A DNA stretch of 64,000 nt from positions 259,594,001 through 259,658,000 of the forward strand of contig OZ024741.1 in NCBI GenBank assembly GCA_964016885.1. The letters are read 5' to 3'. Position numbers and translations under genes: made by a program. The first letter of the stretch is position 1. Each line of letters opens with the position of its first letter. Of this stretch, positions 1 to 13,600 are shown one piece after another. The stretch comes from Eledone cirrhosa (taxonomy: Eukaryota). A model generated the notes under the pieces. That model was not told where the DNA came from. It ran no database searches and worked only from the letters and a program-made list of their open reading frames with translations.

Positions 1-1535
1 CGTAAGTCAGAGCACTCGTATCGAAACACTCGTATGTCAAAACACCCGTAAGTCAAAACACTCGTAAGTCGAAATACTCGTAAGCCGAAACACCGTAAGC
101 CAAAACACTCGTAAGTCGAAACACCCGTAAGTCGGAACACTCGTAAGTCGAAACACTCGTAAGTCGAAACACTCGTAAGCCGAAACACTCGTAAGCCGAA
201 ACACTCGTAAGTCGGAACACTCGTAAGTCAGAACACTCGTAAGTCAGAACACTCGTAAGTCAGAACACTCGTAAGTCAGAACACTCGTAAGTCGAAACAC
301 TCGTATCGAAACACTCGTATGTCAAAACACCCGTAAGTCAAAACACTCGTAAGTCGAAACACTCGTAAGTCGAAACATTCGTATGTCGAAACATCCGTAA
401 ATCAGAACACTTGTAAGTCGAAACACTCGTAAGTCGAAACACTCGTAAGCCGAAACACTCGTAAGTCGAAGCACTCGTATCGAAACACTCGTAAGTCGAA
501 ACACCCTTAAGTCAAAACACTCGTAAGCCAAAACACTCGTAAGTCGAAACACTCGTAAGTCGGAACACTCGTAAGTCAGAACACTCGTAAGTCAGAACAC
601 TCGTAAGTGGAAACACGCGTAAGTCGAAACACTCATAAGTCGAAACACTCGTAAGTCGAAACACCCGTAAGTCGAAACACCCGTAAGTCGAAACACTCGT
701 ATGTCGAATAACTCGTAAGCCGAAACACCGTAAGTCAAAACACTCGTAAGTCGAAACACTCGTAAGTCGAAACACCCATAAGCCGAAACACTCGTAAGCC
801 AAAACATTCGTAAGTCGAAACACTCGTAAGTCGAAACACCCATAGCCGAAACACTCGTAAGTCTGAACACACGTAAGTCAGAACAGCCGTAAGTCAGAAC
901 ACTCGTAAGTCAGAACACTCGTAAGTCAGAACACTCGTAAGTCAGAGCACTCGTATCGAAACACTCGTATGTCAAAACACCCGTAAGTCAAAACACTCGT
1001 AAGTCGAAACACTCGTAAGCCGAAACACCGTAAGCCAAAACACTCGTAAGTCGAAACACCCGTAAGTCGGAACACTCGTAAGTCGAAACACTCGTAAGTC
1101 GAAACACTCGTAAGCCGAAACACTCGTAAGCCGAAACACTCGTAAGTCGGAACACTCGTAAGTCGGAACACTCGTAAGTCAGAACACTCGTAAGTCAGAA
1201 CACTCGTAAGTCAGAACACTCGTAAGTCGAAACACTCGTAAGTCGAAACACTCGTAAGCCGAAACACTCGTAAGTCGAAGCACTCGTATCGAAACACTCG
1301 TAAGTCGAAACACCCTTAAGTCAAAACACTCGTAAGCCAAAACACTCGTAAGTCGAAACACTCGTAAGTCGGAACACTCGTAAGTCAGAACACTCGTAAG
1401 TCAGAACACTCGTAAGTGGAAACACGCGTAAGTCGAAAGACCCGTAAGTCAAAAATCTCGTAAGTCAAAACACTCGTAAGCCGAAACACTCGTAAGTCGA
1501 AACACTCGTAAGTCGAAACATTCGTAAAGCGAAAC

Positions 1536-1604
1536 GTATAAATAAAGATTAATGTAATGAACTTGAAAAGCATAGATATTTGAAACCGCGTCTATTTGTT
1601 ATTT
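1536..1604 (+). repeat. 69-bp AT-rich interspersed element, subtype A
   Basis: GTATAAATAAAGATTAATGTAATGAACTTGAAAAGCATAGATATTTGAAACCGCGTCTATTTGTTATTT between AAAGCGAAAC and TCGTAAG. Confidence 0.95.
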
Positions 1605-2716
1605 TCGTAAGTCGAAACACTCGTAAGTCAGAACACTCGTAAGTCAGAACACTCGTATCGAAACACGTATGTCAAAACACCCGTAAGTCAAAACACTCGT
1701 AAGTCGAAACACTCGTAAGTCGAAACACTCGTAAGCCGAAACAATCGTAAGTCAAAACACTCGTAAGTCGAAACACTCGTAAGCCGAAAATACTCGTAAG
1801 TCGGAACACCCGTAAGCCGAAACCCTCGTAGGTCGGAACACTCGTAAGTCGAAACACTCTTAAGTCGAAACACCCGTAAGTCGAAACACTCGTAAGTCGA
1901 AACACCCGTAAGTCGAAACATCCGTAAGTCAAAACACTCGTATGTCGAAACACTCGTAAGCCGAAACACTCGTAAGTCGGAACACTCGCAAGTCAGAACA
2001 CTCGTAAGTCAGAACACTCGTAAGTCGAAACACTCGTAAGTCGAAACACCCGTAAGTCGAAACGCCCGTAAGTCAAAACACTCGTATGTCGAAACACTCG
2101 CAAGCCGAAAAACCGTAAGTCAAAACACTCGTAAGTCGAAACACTCGTAAATCGAAACACTCGTAAGCCGAAACACTCGTAAGCGAAAACATTCGTTAGT
2201 CGAAACACTCGTAACCCGAAACACTCGTAAGTCGAAACACTCGAAAGCCGAAACACTCGTAAGTCGAAACACTCATAAGCCGAAACACTCGTAAGTCGGA
2301 ACACTCGTAAGTCAGAACACCCGTAAATCAGAACACTCGTAGTCAGAACACTCGTAAGTCGAAACACTCGTAAGCCGAAACACTCGCAAGTCGAAGCACT
2401 CGTAATCCGAAACACTCTTAAGTCGAAACACTCGTAAGTCGGAACACTCGTAAGTCAGAACACTCGTAAGTCAGAACACTCGTAAGTCGAAACACTCGTA
2501 AGCCGAAACATCCGTAAGTCAAAACATCCGTAAGTCAAAACATTCGTAAGTCGAAACACCCGTAGTCGAAACACTCGCAAGTCGAAACACTCGTAAGTCG
2601 AAACACGCGTAAGTCGAAACACATGTAAGTCAAAACACTCGTAAGTCAAAACACTCGTAAGCCGAAACACTCGTAAGTCGAAACACTCGTAAGTCGAAAC
2701 ACTCGTAAAGCGAAAC

Positions 2717-2785
2717 GTATCAATAAAGATTAATGTAATGAATTTGAAAAGCATAGAGATTTGAAACCGCGTCTATTTGTTATTT
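2717..2785 (+). repeat. 69-bp AT-rich element, subtype B
   Basis: GTATCAATAAAG...GAATTTG...AGAGATT variant. Confidence 0.95.
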
Positions 2786-3609
2786 TCGTAAGTCGAAACA
2801 CTCGTAAGCCGAAACACTCGTGAGCCGAAACACTCGTAAGTCGGAACACTCGTAAGTCAGAACACTCGTAAGTCAGAACACTCGTAAGTTAGAACACTCG
2901 TAAGTCAGAACACTCCTAAGTCAGAACACTCGTAAGTCGAAACACTCGTATCGAAACACTCGTATGTCAAAACACCCGTAAGTCAAAACACTCGTAAGTC
3001 GAAACACTCGTAAGTCGAAACACTCGTAAGCCGAAACACTCGAAAGCCGAAACACTCGTAAGTCGGAACACTCGTAAGTCGGAACACTCGTAAGTCAGAA
3101 CACTCGTAAGTCAGAACACTCGTAAGTCAGAACACTCGTAAGTCAGAACACTCGTAAGTCGAAACACTCGTATCGAAACACTCGTATGTCAAAACACCCG
3201 TAAGTCAAAACACTCGTAAGTCGAAACACTTGTAAGTCGAAACACTCGTATGTCGAAACATCCGTAAATCAGAACACTCGTAAGTCGAAACACTCGTAAG
3301 TCGAAACACTCGTAAGCCGAAACACTCGTAAGTCGAAGCACTCGTATCGAAACACTCGTAAGTCGAAACACCCTTAAGTCAAAACACTCGTAAGCCAAAA
3401 CACTCGTAAGTCGAAACACTCGTAAGTCGGAACACTCGTAAGTCAGAACACTCGTAAGTCAGAACACTCGTAAGTGGAAACACGCGTAAGTCGAAAGACC
3501 CGTAAGTCAAAAATCTCGTAAGTCAAAACACTCGTAAGCCGAAACACTCGTAAGTCGAAACACTCGTAAGTCGAAACACTCGTAAGTCGAAACATTCGTA
3601 AAGCGAAAC

Positions 3610-3678
3610 GTATAAATAAAGATTAATGTAATGAACTTGAAAAGCATAGATATTTGAAACCGCGTCTATTTGTTATTT
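3610..3678 (+). repeat. 69-bp AT-rich element, subtype A
   Basis: Matches 1536-1604. Confidence 0.95.
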
Positions 3679-4066
3679 TCGTAAGTCGAAACACTCGTAA
3701 GTCAGAACACTCGTAAGTCAGAACACTCTTAAGTCAGAACACTCGTATCGAAACACGTATGTCAAAACACCCGTAAGTCAAAACACTCGTAAGTCGAAAC
3801 ACTCGTAAGTCGAAACACTCGTAAGCCGAAACAATCGTAAGTCAAAACACTCGTAAGTCGAAACACTCGTAAGCCGAAAATACTCGTAAGTCGGAACACC
3901 CGTAAGCCGAAACCCTCGTAGGTCGGAACACTCGTAAGTCAAAACACTCGTAAGTCGAAACACCCGTAAGTCGAAACACTCGAAAGTCGAAACACCCGTA
4001 AGTCGAAACATCCGTAAGTCAAAACACTCGTATGTCGAAACACTCGTAAGCCGAAACACTCGTAAG

Positions 4067-5870
4067 TCAGAACACTCGTAAGTCAGAACACTCGTAAGTC
4101 GAAACACTCATAAGTCGAAACACTCGTAAGTCGAAACACCCGTAAGTCGAAACACCCGTAAGTCGAAACACTCGTATGTCGAATAACTCGTAAGCCGAAA
4201 CACCGTAAGTCAAAACACTCGTAAGTCGAAACACTCGTAAGTCGAAACACCCATAAGCCGAAACATTCGTAAGCCAAAACATTCGTAAGTCGAAACACTC
4301 GTAAACCGAAACACTCGTAAGCCAAAACATTCGTAAGTCGAAACACTCGTAAGTCGAAACACCCATAGCCGAAACACTTGTAAGTCTGAACACACGTAAG
4401 TCAGAACACCCGTAAGTCAGAACACTCGTAAGTCAGAACACTCGTAAGTCAGAACACTCGTAAGTCAGAGCACTCGTATCGAAACACTCGTATGTCAAAA
4501 CACCCGTAAGTCAAAACACTCGTAAGTCGAAATACTCGTAAGCCGAAACACCGTAAGCCAAAACACTCGTAAGTCGAAACACCCGTAAGTCGGAACACTC
4601 GTAAGTCGAAACACTCGTAAGTCGAAACACTCGTAAGCCGAAACACTCGTAAGCCGAAACACTCGTAAGTCGGAACACTCGTAAGTCGGAACACTCGTAA
4701 GTCAGAACACTCGTAAGTCAGAACACTCGTAAGTCAGAACACTCGTAAGTCAGAACACTCGTAAGTCGAAACACTCGTATCGAAACACTCGTATGTCAAA
4801 ACACCCGTAAGTCAAAACACTCGTAAGTCGAAACACTCGTAAGTCGAAACATTCGTATGTCGAAACATCCGTAAATCAGAACACTCGTAAGTCGAAACAC
4901 TCGTAAGTCGAAACACTCGTAAGCCGAAACACTCGTAAGTCGAAGCACTCGTATCGAAACACTCGTAAGTCGAAACACCCTTAAGTCAAAACACTCGTAA
5001 GCCAAAACACTCGTAAGTCGAAACACTCGTAAGTCGGAACACTCGTAAGTCAGAACACTCGTAAGTCAGAACACTCGTAAGTGGAAACACGCGTAAGTCG
5101 AAACACTCATAAGTCGAAACACTCGTAAGTCGAAACACCCGTAAGTCGAAACACCCGTAAGTCGAAACACTCGTATGTCGAATAACTCGTAAGCCGAAAC
5201 ACCGTAAGTCAAAACACTCGTAAGTCGAAACACTCGTAAGTCGAAACACCCATAAGCCGAAACACTCGTAAGCCAAAACATTCGTAAGTCGAAACACTCG
5301 TAAACCGAAACACTCGTAAGCCAAAACATTCGTAAGTCGAAACACTCGTAAGTCGAAACACCCATAGCCGAAACACTCGTAAGTCTGAACACACGTAAGT
5401 CAGAACAGCCGTAAGTCAGAACACTCGTAAGTCAGAACACTCGTAAGTCAGAACACTCGTAAGTCAGAGCACTCGTATCGAAACACTCGTATGTCAAAAC
5501 ACCCGTAAGTCAAAACACTCGTAAGTCGAAACACTCGTAAGCCGAAACACCGTAAGCCAAAACACTCGTAAGTCGAAACACCCGTAAGTCGGAACACTCG
5601 TAAGTCGAAACACTCGTAAGTCGAAACACTCGTAAGCCGAAACACTCGTAAGCCGAAACACTCGTAAGTCGGAACACTCGTAAGTCGGAACACTCGTAAG
5701 TCAGAACACTCGTAAGTCAGAACACTCGTAAGTCAGAACACTCGTAAGTCAGAACACTCGTAAGTCAGAACACTCGTAAGTCGAAACACTCGTATCGAAA
5801 CACTCGTATGTCAAAACACCCGTAAGTCAAAACACTCGTAAGTCGAAACACTCGTAAGTCGAAACACTCG
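4067..5870 (+). repeat. Imperfect tandem pair of a ~999-bp insert-free module; boundaries approximate
   Basis: Landmarks 4067/5066 and 4449/5448. Both copies carry GAATAACT, CCCATAGCC and TCTGAACACACG; they differ at CACTTG/CACTCG and AACACCCG/AACAGCCG. Confidence 0.8.
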
Positions 5871-6437
5871 TAAGCCGAAACACTCGTAAGCCGAAACACT
5901 CGTAAGTCGGAACACTCGTAAGTCGGAACACTCGTAAGTCAGAACACTCGTAAGTCAGAACACTCGTAAGTCAGAACACTCGTAAGTCAGAACACTCGTA
6001 AGTCGAAACACTCGTATCGAAGCACTCGTATGTCAAAACACCCGTAAGTCAAAACACTCGTAAGTCGAAACACTCGTAAGTCGAAACACTCGTATGTCGA
6101 AACATCCGTAAATCAGAACACTCGTAAGTCGAAACACTCGTAAGTCGAAACACTCGTAAGCCGAAACACTCGTAAGTCGAAGCACTCGTATCGAAACACT
6201 CGTAAGTCGAAACACCCTTAAGTCAAAACACTCGTAAGCCAAAACACTCGTAAGTCGAAACACTCGTAAGTCGGAACACTCGTAAGTCAGAACACTCGTA
6301 AGTCAGAACACTCGTAAGTGGAAACACGCGTAAGTCGAAAGACCCGTAAGTCAAAAATCTCGTAAGTCAAAACACTCGTAAGCCGAAACACTCGTAAGTC
6401 GAAACACTCGTAAGTCGAAACATTCGTAAAGCGAAAC

Positions 6438-6506
6438 GTATAAATAAAGATTAATGTAATGAACTTGAAAAGCATAGATATTTGAAACCGCGTCTATTTG
6501 TTATTT
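6438..6506 (+). repeat. 69-bp AT-rich element, subtype A
   Basis: Matches 1536-1604. Confidence 0.95.
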
Positions 6507-7601
6507 TCGTAAGTCGAAACACTCGTAAGTCAGAACACTCGTAAGTCAGAACACTCTTAAGTCAGAACACTCGTATCGAAACACGTATGTCAAAACACCC
6601 GTAAGTCAAAACACTCGTAAGTCGAAACACTCGTAAGTCGAAACACTCGTAAGCCGAAACAATCGTAAGTCAAAACACTCGTAAGTCGGAACACCCGTAA
6701 GCCGAAACCCTCGTAGGTCGGAACACTCGTAAGTCGAAACACTCGTAAGTCGAAACACCCGTAAGTCGAAACACTCGTAAGTCGAAACACCCGTAAGTCG
6801 AAACATCCGTAAGTCAAAACACTCGTATGTCGAAACACTCGTAAGCCGAAACACTCGTAAGTCGGAACACTCGCAAGTCAGAACACTCGTAAGTCAGAAC
6901 ACTCGTAAGTCGAAACACTCGTAAGTCGAAACACCCGTAAGTCGAAACGCCCGTAAGTCAAAACACTCGTATGTCGAAACACTCGCAAGCCGAAAAACCG
7001 TAAGTCAAAACACTCGTAAGTCGAAACACTCGTAAATCGAAACACTCGTAAGCCGAAACACTCGTAAGCGAAAACATTCGTTAGTCGAAACACTCGTAAC
7101 CCGAAACACTCGTAAGTCGAAACACTCGAAAGCCGAAACACTCGTAAGTCGAAACACTCATAAGCCGAAACACTCGTAAGTCGGAACACTCGTAAGTCAG
7201 AACACCCGTAAATCAGAACACTCGTAGTCAGAACACTCGTAAGTCGAAACACTCGTAAGCCGAAACACTCGCAAGTCGAAGCACTCGTAATCCGAAACAC
7301 TCTTAAGTCGAAACACTCGTAAGTCGGAACACTCGTAAGTCAGAACACTCGTAAGTCAGAACACTCGTAAGTCGAAACACTCGTAAGCCGAAACATCCGT
7401 AAGTCAAAACATCCGTAAGTCAAAACATTCGTAAGTCGAAACACCCGTAGTCGAAACACTCGCAAGTCGAAACACTCGTAAGTCGAAACACGCGTAAGTC
7501 GAAACACATGTAAGTCAAAACACTCGTAAGTCAAAACACTCGTAAGCCGAAACACTCGTAAGTCGAAACACTCGTAAGTCGAAACACTCGTAAAGCGAAA
7601 C

Positions 7602-7670
7602 GTATAAATAAATATTAATGTAATGAATTTGAAAAGCATAGAGATTTGAAACCGCGTCTATTTGTTATTT
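7602..7670 (+). repeat. 69-bp AT-rich element, subtype C
   Basis: GTATAAATAAATATT...GAATTTG...AGAGATT variant. Confidence 0.95.
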
Positions 7671-10600
7671 TCGTAAGTCGAAACACTCGTAAGCCGAAAC
7701 ACTCGTGAGCCGAAACACTCGTAAGTCGGAACACTCGTAAGTCAGAACACTCGTAAGTCAGAACACTCGTAAGTTAGAACACTCGTAAGTCAGAACACTC
7801 GTAAGTCAGAACACTCGTAAGTCGAAACACTCGTATCGAAACACTCGTATGTCAAAACACCCGTAAGTCAAAACACTCGTAAGTCGAAACACTCGTAAGT
7901 CGAAACACTCGTAAGCCGAAACACTCGTAAGCCGAAACACTCGTAAGCCGAAACACTCGTAAGTCGGAACACTCGTAAGTCAGAACACTCATAAGTCAGA
8001 ACACTTGTAAGTCAGAACACTCGTAAGTCGAAACACTCGTAAGCCGAAACACCGTAAGTCGAAACACCCGTATGTCGAAACACTCGTAAGCCGAAACACT
8101 CTTAAGTCGAAACACTCATAAGCCGAAACACTCGTAAGTCGGAACACTCGTAAATCAGAACACCCGCAAGTCAGAACACTCGTAAATCAGAACACTCTTA
8201 AGTCGAAACTTACGTACGCCGAAACAATCGTAAGTCGAAACACTCGTAAGTCGAAACATCCTTAAGTCGAAACACTCGTACACCGAAACACTCGTAAGTA
8301 TAAACATTAGTAAGTCGAAACACTCGTATGTCGAAACACTCGTAAACCGAAACACTCGTAAGTCGGAACACTCGTAAGTCAGAACACTCGTAAGTCAGAA
8401 CACTCGTAAGTCGAAACACTCATAAGTCGAAACACCCGTAAGTCGAAACACTCGTAAGTCGAAACACCCATAAGCCGAAACACTCGTAAGCCAAAACATT
8501 CGTAAGTCGAAACACTCGTAAACCGAAACACTCGTAAGCCAAAACATTCGTATGTCGAAACACTCGTAAGTCGAAACACCCATAGCCGAAACACTTGTAA
8601 GTCTGAACACACGTAAGTCAGAACACCCGTAAGTCAGAACACTCGTAAGTCAGAACACTCGTAAGTCAGAACACTCGTAAGTCAGAACACTCGTAAGTCA
8701 GAGCACTCGTATCGAAACACTCGTATGTCAAAACACCCGTAAGTCAAAACACTCGTAAGTCGAAACACTCGTAAGCCGAAACACCGTAAGCCAAAACACT
8801 CGTAAGTCGAAACACCCCTAAGTCGGAACACTCGTAAGTCGAAACACTCGTAAGTCGAAACACTCGTAAGCCGAAACACTCGTAAGCCGAAACACTCGTA
8901 AGTCGGAACACTCGTAAGTCGGAACACTCGTAAGTCAGAACACTCGTAAGTCAGAACACTCGTAAGTCAGAACACTCGTAAGTCAGAACACTCGTAAGTC
9001 GAAACACTCGTATCGAAACACTCGTATGTCAAAACACCCGTAAGTCAAAACACTCGTAAGTCGAAACACTCGTAAGTCGAAACATTCGTAAGTCGAAACA
9101 TCCGTAAATCAGAACACTCTTAAGTCGAAACACTCGTAAGTCGAAACACTCGTAAGCCGAAACACTCGTAAGTCGAAGTACTCGTATCGAAACACTCGTA
9201 AGTCGAAACACCCTTAAGTCAAAACACTCGTAAGCCAAAACACTCGTAAGTCGAAACACTCGTAAGTCGGAACACTCGTAAGTCAGAACACTCGTAAGTC
9301 AGAACACTCGTAAGTGGAAACACGCGTAAGTCGAAACACTCATAAGTCGAAACACTCGTAAGTCGAAACACCCGTAAGTCGAAACACCCGTAAGTCGAAA
9401 CACTCGTATGTCGAATAACTCGTAAGCCGAAACACCGTAAGTCAAAACACTCGTAAGTCGAAACACTCGTAAGTCGAAACACCCATAAGCCGAAACACTC
9501 GTAAGCCAAAACATTCGTAAGTCGAAACACTCGTAAACCGAAACACTCGTAAGCCAAAACATTCGTAAGTCGAAACACTCGTAAGTCGAACCACCCATAG
9601 CCGAAACACTCGTAAGTCTGAACACACGTAAGTCAGAACAGCCGTAAGTCAGAACACTCGTAAGTCAGAACACTCGTAAGTCAGAACACTCGTAAGTCAG
9701 AGCACTCGTATCGAAACACTCGTATGTCAAAACACCCGTAAGTCAAAACACTCGTAAGTCGAAACACTCGTAATTCGAAACACTCGTATGTCGAAACATC
9801 CGTAAATCAGAACACTCGTAAGTCGAAACACTCGTAAGTCGAAACACTCGTAAGCCGAAACACTCGTAAGTCGAAGCACTCGTATCGAAACACTCGTAAG
9901 TCGAAACACCCTTAAGTCAAAACACTCGTAAGCCAAAACACTCGTAAGTCGAAACACTCGTAAGTCGGAACACTCGTAAGTCAGAACACTCGTAAGTCAG
10001 AACACTCGTAAGTGGAAACACGCGTAAGTCGAAAGACCCGTAAGTCAAAAATCTCGTAAGTCAAAACACTCGTAAGCCGAAACACTCGTAAGTCGAAACA
10101 CTCGTAAGTCGAAACACCCGTAAGTCGGAACACTCGTAAGTCAGAATACTCGTAAGTCAAAACACTCGTAAACCGGAACACCCGTAAGGCAAAACATTCG
10201 CATGTCAAAACACTCGTAAATCGAAACACTCGTAAGCCGAAACACTCGTAAGTCGAAACACTCGTAAGTCGAAACACTCGTAAGTCGAAACACTCGTAAG
10301 TCAGTGCACCCGTAAGTCAGAACACTCGTAGTCAGAATACTCGTAAGTCGAAACACTCGTATGTCGAAACACCAGTAAGTCGAAACATCCGTAAGTCAAA
10401 ACACTCGTATGTCGAAACACTCGTAAGCCGAAACACTCATAAGTCGAAACACTCGTAAGCCGAAACACCCGTAAGTCAAAACATTCGTAAGTCAAAACAC
10501 TCGTAAGTCGAAACACCCGTAAGTCAAAACACTCGTATGTCGAAACACTCGTAAGCCGAAACAACGTAAGTAAAAACACTCGTAAGTCGAAACACCCATA

Positions 10601-13600
10601 AGTCGAAACACTCGTAAGCCGAAACACTCGTAAGTCGAAACACTCATAAGCCGAAACACTCGTAAGTCGGAACACTCGTAAATCAGAACACCCGCAAGTC
10701 AGAACACTCGTAAATCAGAACACTCTTAAGTCGAAACTCACGTACGCTGAAACACTCGTAAGTCGAAACACTCGTAAGTCGAAACATCCTTAAGTCGAAA
10801 CACTCGTACACCGAAACACTCGTAAGTATAAACATTAGTAAGTCGAAACACTCGTAAGCCGAAACACTCGTAAGTCGAAACACCCGTAAATCGAAACACC
10901 CCTAAGTCAAAACACTCGTATGTCGAAACACTCGTAAACCGAAACACTCGTAAGTCGGAACACTCGTAAGTCAGAACACTCGTAAGTCGAAACACTCATA
11001 AGTCGAAACACTCGTAAGTCGAAACACCCGTAAGTCGAAACCCCCGTAAGTCGAAACACTCGTATGTCGAATAACTCGTAAGCTGAAACACCGTAAGTCA
11101 AAACACTCGTAAGTCAAAACACTCGTAAGTCGAAACACCCATAAGCCGAAACACTCGTAAGCCAAAACATTCGTAAGTCGAAACACTCGTAAACCGAAAC
11201 ACTCGTAAGCCAAAACATTCGTAAGTCGAAACACTCGTAAGTCGAAACACCCATAGCCGAAACACTCGTAAGTCGGAACACACGTAAGTCAGAACACCCG
11301 TAAGTCAGAACACTCGTAAGTCAGAACACTCGTAAGTCAGAGCACTCGTATCGAAACACTCGTATGTCAAAACACCCGTAAGTCAAAACACTCGTAAGCC
11401 GAAACACCGTAAGCCAAAACACTCGTAAGTCGAAACACCCGTAAGTCGGAACACTCGTAAGTCGAAACACTCGTAAGTCGAAACACTCGTAAGCCGAAAC
11501 ACTCGTAAGCCGAAACACTCGTAAGTCGGAACACTCGTAAGTCGGAACACTCGTAAGTCAGAACACTCGTAAGTCAGAACACTCGTAAGTCAGAACACTC
11601 GTAAGTCAGAATACTCGTAAGTCGAAACACCCGTAAGTCGAAACACCCGTAAGTCGAAACACTCGTATGTCGAATAACTCGTAAGCCGAAACACCGTAAG
11701 TCAAAACACTCGTAAGTCGAAACACTCGTAAGTCGAAACACCCATAAGCCGAAACACTCGTAAGCCAAAACATTCGTAAGTCGAAACACTCGTAAACCGA
11801 AACACTCGTAAGCCAAAACATTCGTAAGTCGAAACACTCGTAAGTCGAAACACCCATAGCCGAAACACTTGTAAGTCTGAACACACGTAAGTCAGAACAC
11901 CCGTAAGTCAGAACACTCGTAAGTCAGAACACTCGTAAGTCAGAACACTCGTAAGTCAGAGCACTCGTATCGAAACACTCGTATGTCAAAACACCCGTAA
12001 GTCAAAACACTCGTAAGTCGAAACACTCGTAAGCCGAAACACCGTAAGCCAAAACACTCGTAAGTCGAAACACCCGTAAGTCGGAACACTCGTAAGTCGA
12101 AACACTCGTAAGTCGAAACACTCGTAAGCCGAAACACTCGTAAGCCGAAACACTCTTAAGTCGGAACACTCGTAAGTCGGAACACTCGTAAGTCAGAACA
12201 CTCGTAAGTCAGAACACTCGTAAGTCAGAACACTCGTAAGTCAGAACACTCGTAAGTCGAAACACTCGTATCGAAACACTCGTATGTCAAAACACCAGTA
12301 AGTCGAAACACTCGTATCGAAACACTCGTATGTCAAAACACCAGTAAGTCAAAACACTCGTAAGTCGAAACACTCGTAAGCCGAAACACCGTAAGTCGAA
12401 ACACCCGTATGTCGAAACACTCGTAAGCCGAAACACTCGTAAGTCGAAACACTCGTAGTCGAAACACTCGTAAGTCGAAACACCCGTAAGTCGAAACACT
12501 CGTAAGTCGAAACACTCGTAAGCCGAAACACTCGTAAGTCGAAACACTCATAAGCCGAAACACTCGTAAGTCGAAACACTCGTAAGTCAGAACACTCGTA
12601 GTCAGAACACTCGTAAGTCAAACCACTCGTAAGCCGAAACACTCGTAAGTCGAAACACTCGTAAGTCGAAACACTCGTAAGTCGAAAAACTCGTAAGCCG
12701 GAACACTCGTAAGTCAGAACACTCGTAAGTCAGAACACTCGTAAGTCGAAACACTCGTAAGCCGAAACACCCGTAAGTCGAAACATTCGTAAGTCGAAAC
12801 ACCCGTAAGTCGAAACACTCGTAAGTCGAAACACTCGTAAGTCGAAACACCGTAAGTCAAAACACTCGTATGTCGAAACATCCGTAAATCAGAACACTCC
12901 TAAGTCAAAACACTCGTAAGTCGAAACACTCGTAAGTCAAAAATACTCGTAAGTCGAAACACCCTTAAGTAAAAACACTCGTAAGTCGAAACACTCGTAA
13001 GCCGAAACACCCGTCAGTTAAAACACCCGTAAGTCGAAACACTCGTAAGTCAAAACTCTCGTACGCCGAAACACTCGTAAGTAAAAACATTAGTAAGTCG
13101 AAACACTCGTAAGCCGAAACACTCATAAGTCGAAACACTCGTAAGCCGAAACACCCGTAAGTCAAAACATTCGTAAGTCAAAACACTCGTAAGTCGAAAC
13201 ACCCGTAAGTCGAAACACTCGTATGTCGAAACACTCGTAAGCCGAAACACCGTAAGTAAAAACACTCGTAAGTCTAAACACCCACAAGTCGAAACACTCG
13301 TAAGCCGAAACACTCGTAAGTCGAAACACTCATAAGCCGAAACACTCGTAAGTCGGAACACTCGTAAATCAGAACACCCGCAAGTCAGAACACTCGTATC
13401 GAAACACTCGTATGTCAAAACACCCGTAAGTCAAAACACTCGTAAGTCGAAACACTCGTAAGCCGAAACACCGTAAGTAAAAAAACTCGTAAGTCGAAAT
13501 ACTCGTAAGTCGAAACACTCGTAAGCCGAAACAATCGTAATTCAAAACACTCGTAAGTCGAAACACTCGTAAGCCGAAACAATCGTAAGTCGAAACACTC

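Larger units (their letters stand above)
783..11388 (+). repeat. 10.6-kb block, copy 1 of the 52,612-bp-offset duplication
   Basis: ORF-track landmarks recur at exactly +52,612 (926/53538, 3189/55801, 6590/59202, 8155/60767, 10301/62913), including rare monomer variants. Confidence 0.93.

Noticed and set aside
1385-1573. MLFKFITLIFIYTF N-terminus resembling a signal peptide on a repeat protein
   Set aside because: It is the reverse translation of the AT-rich insert, and T-rich codons give hydrophobic residues by default. Downstream length depends on chance monomer counts (62 aa, 99 aa or under 60 aa) and subtype D introduces an early stop.
1536-1604. 69-bp element as an independently mobile MITE or structured ncRNA
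   Set aside because: Only 5-6-bp inverted matches (AAATAA/TTATTT, ATAGA/TCTAT), no clear target-site duplication, and the same junctions in all copies indicate passive co-amplification.
1591-1612. Recursive splice site at the insert 3' end (TTTGTTATTTTCGTAAGT)
   Set aside because: A pyrimidine tract precedes GTAAGT, but the required AG immediately before GT is missing.
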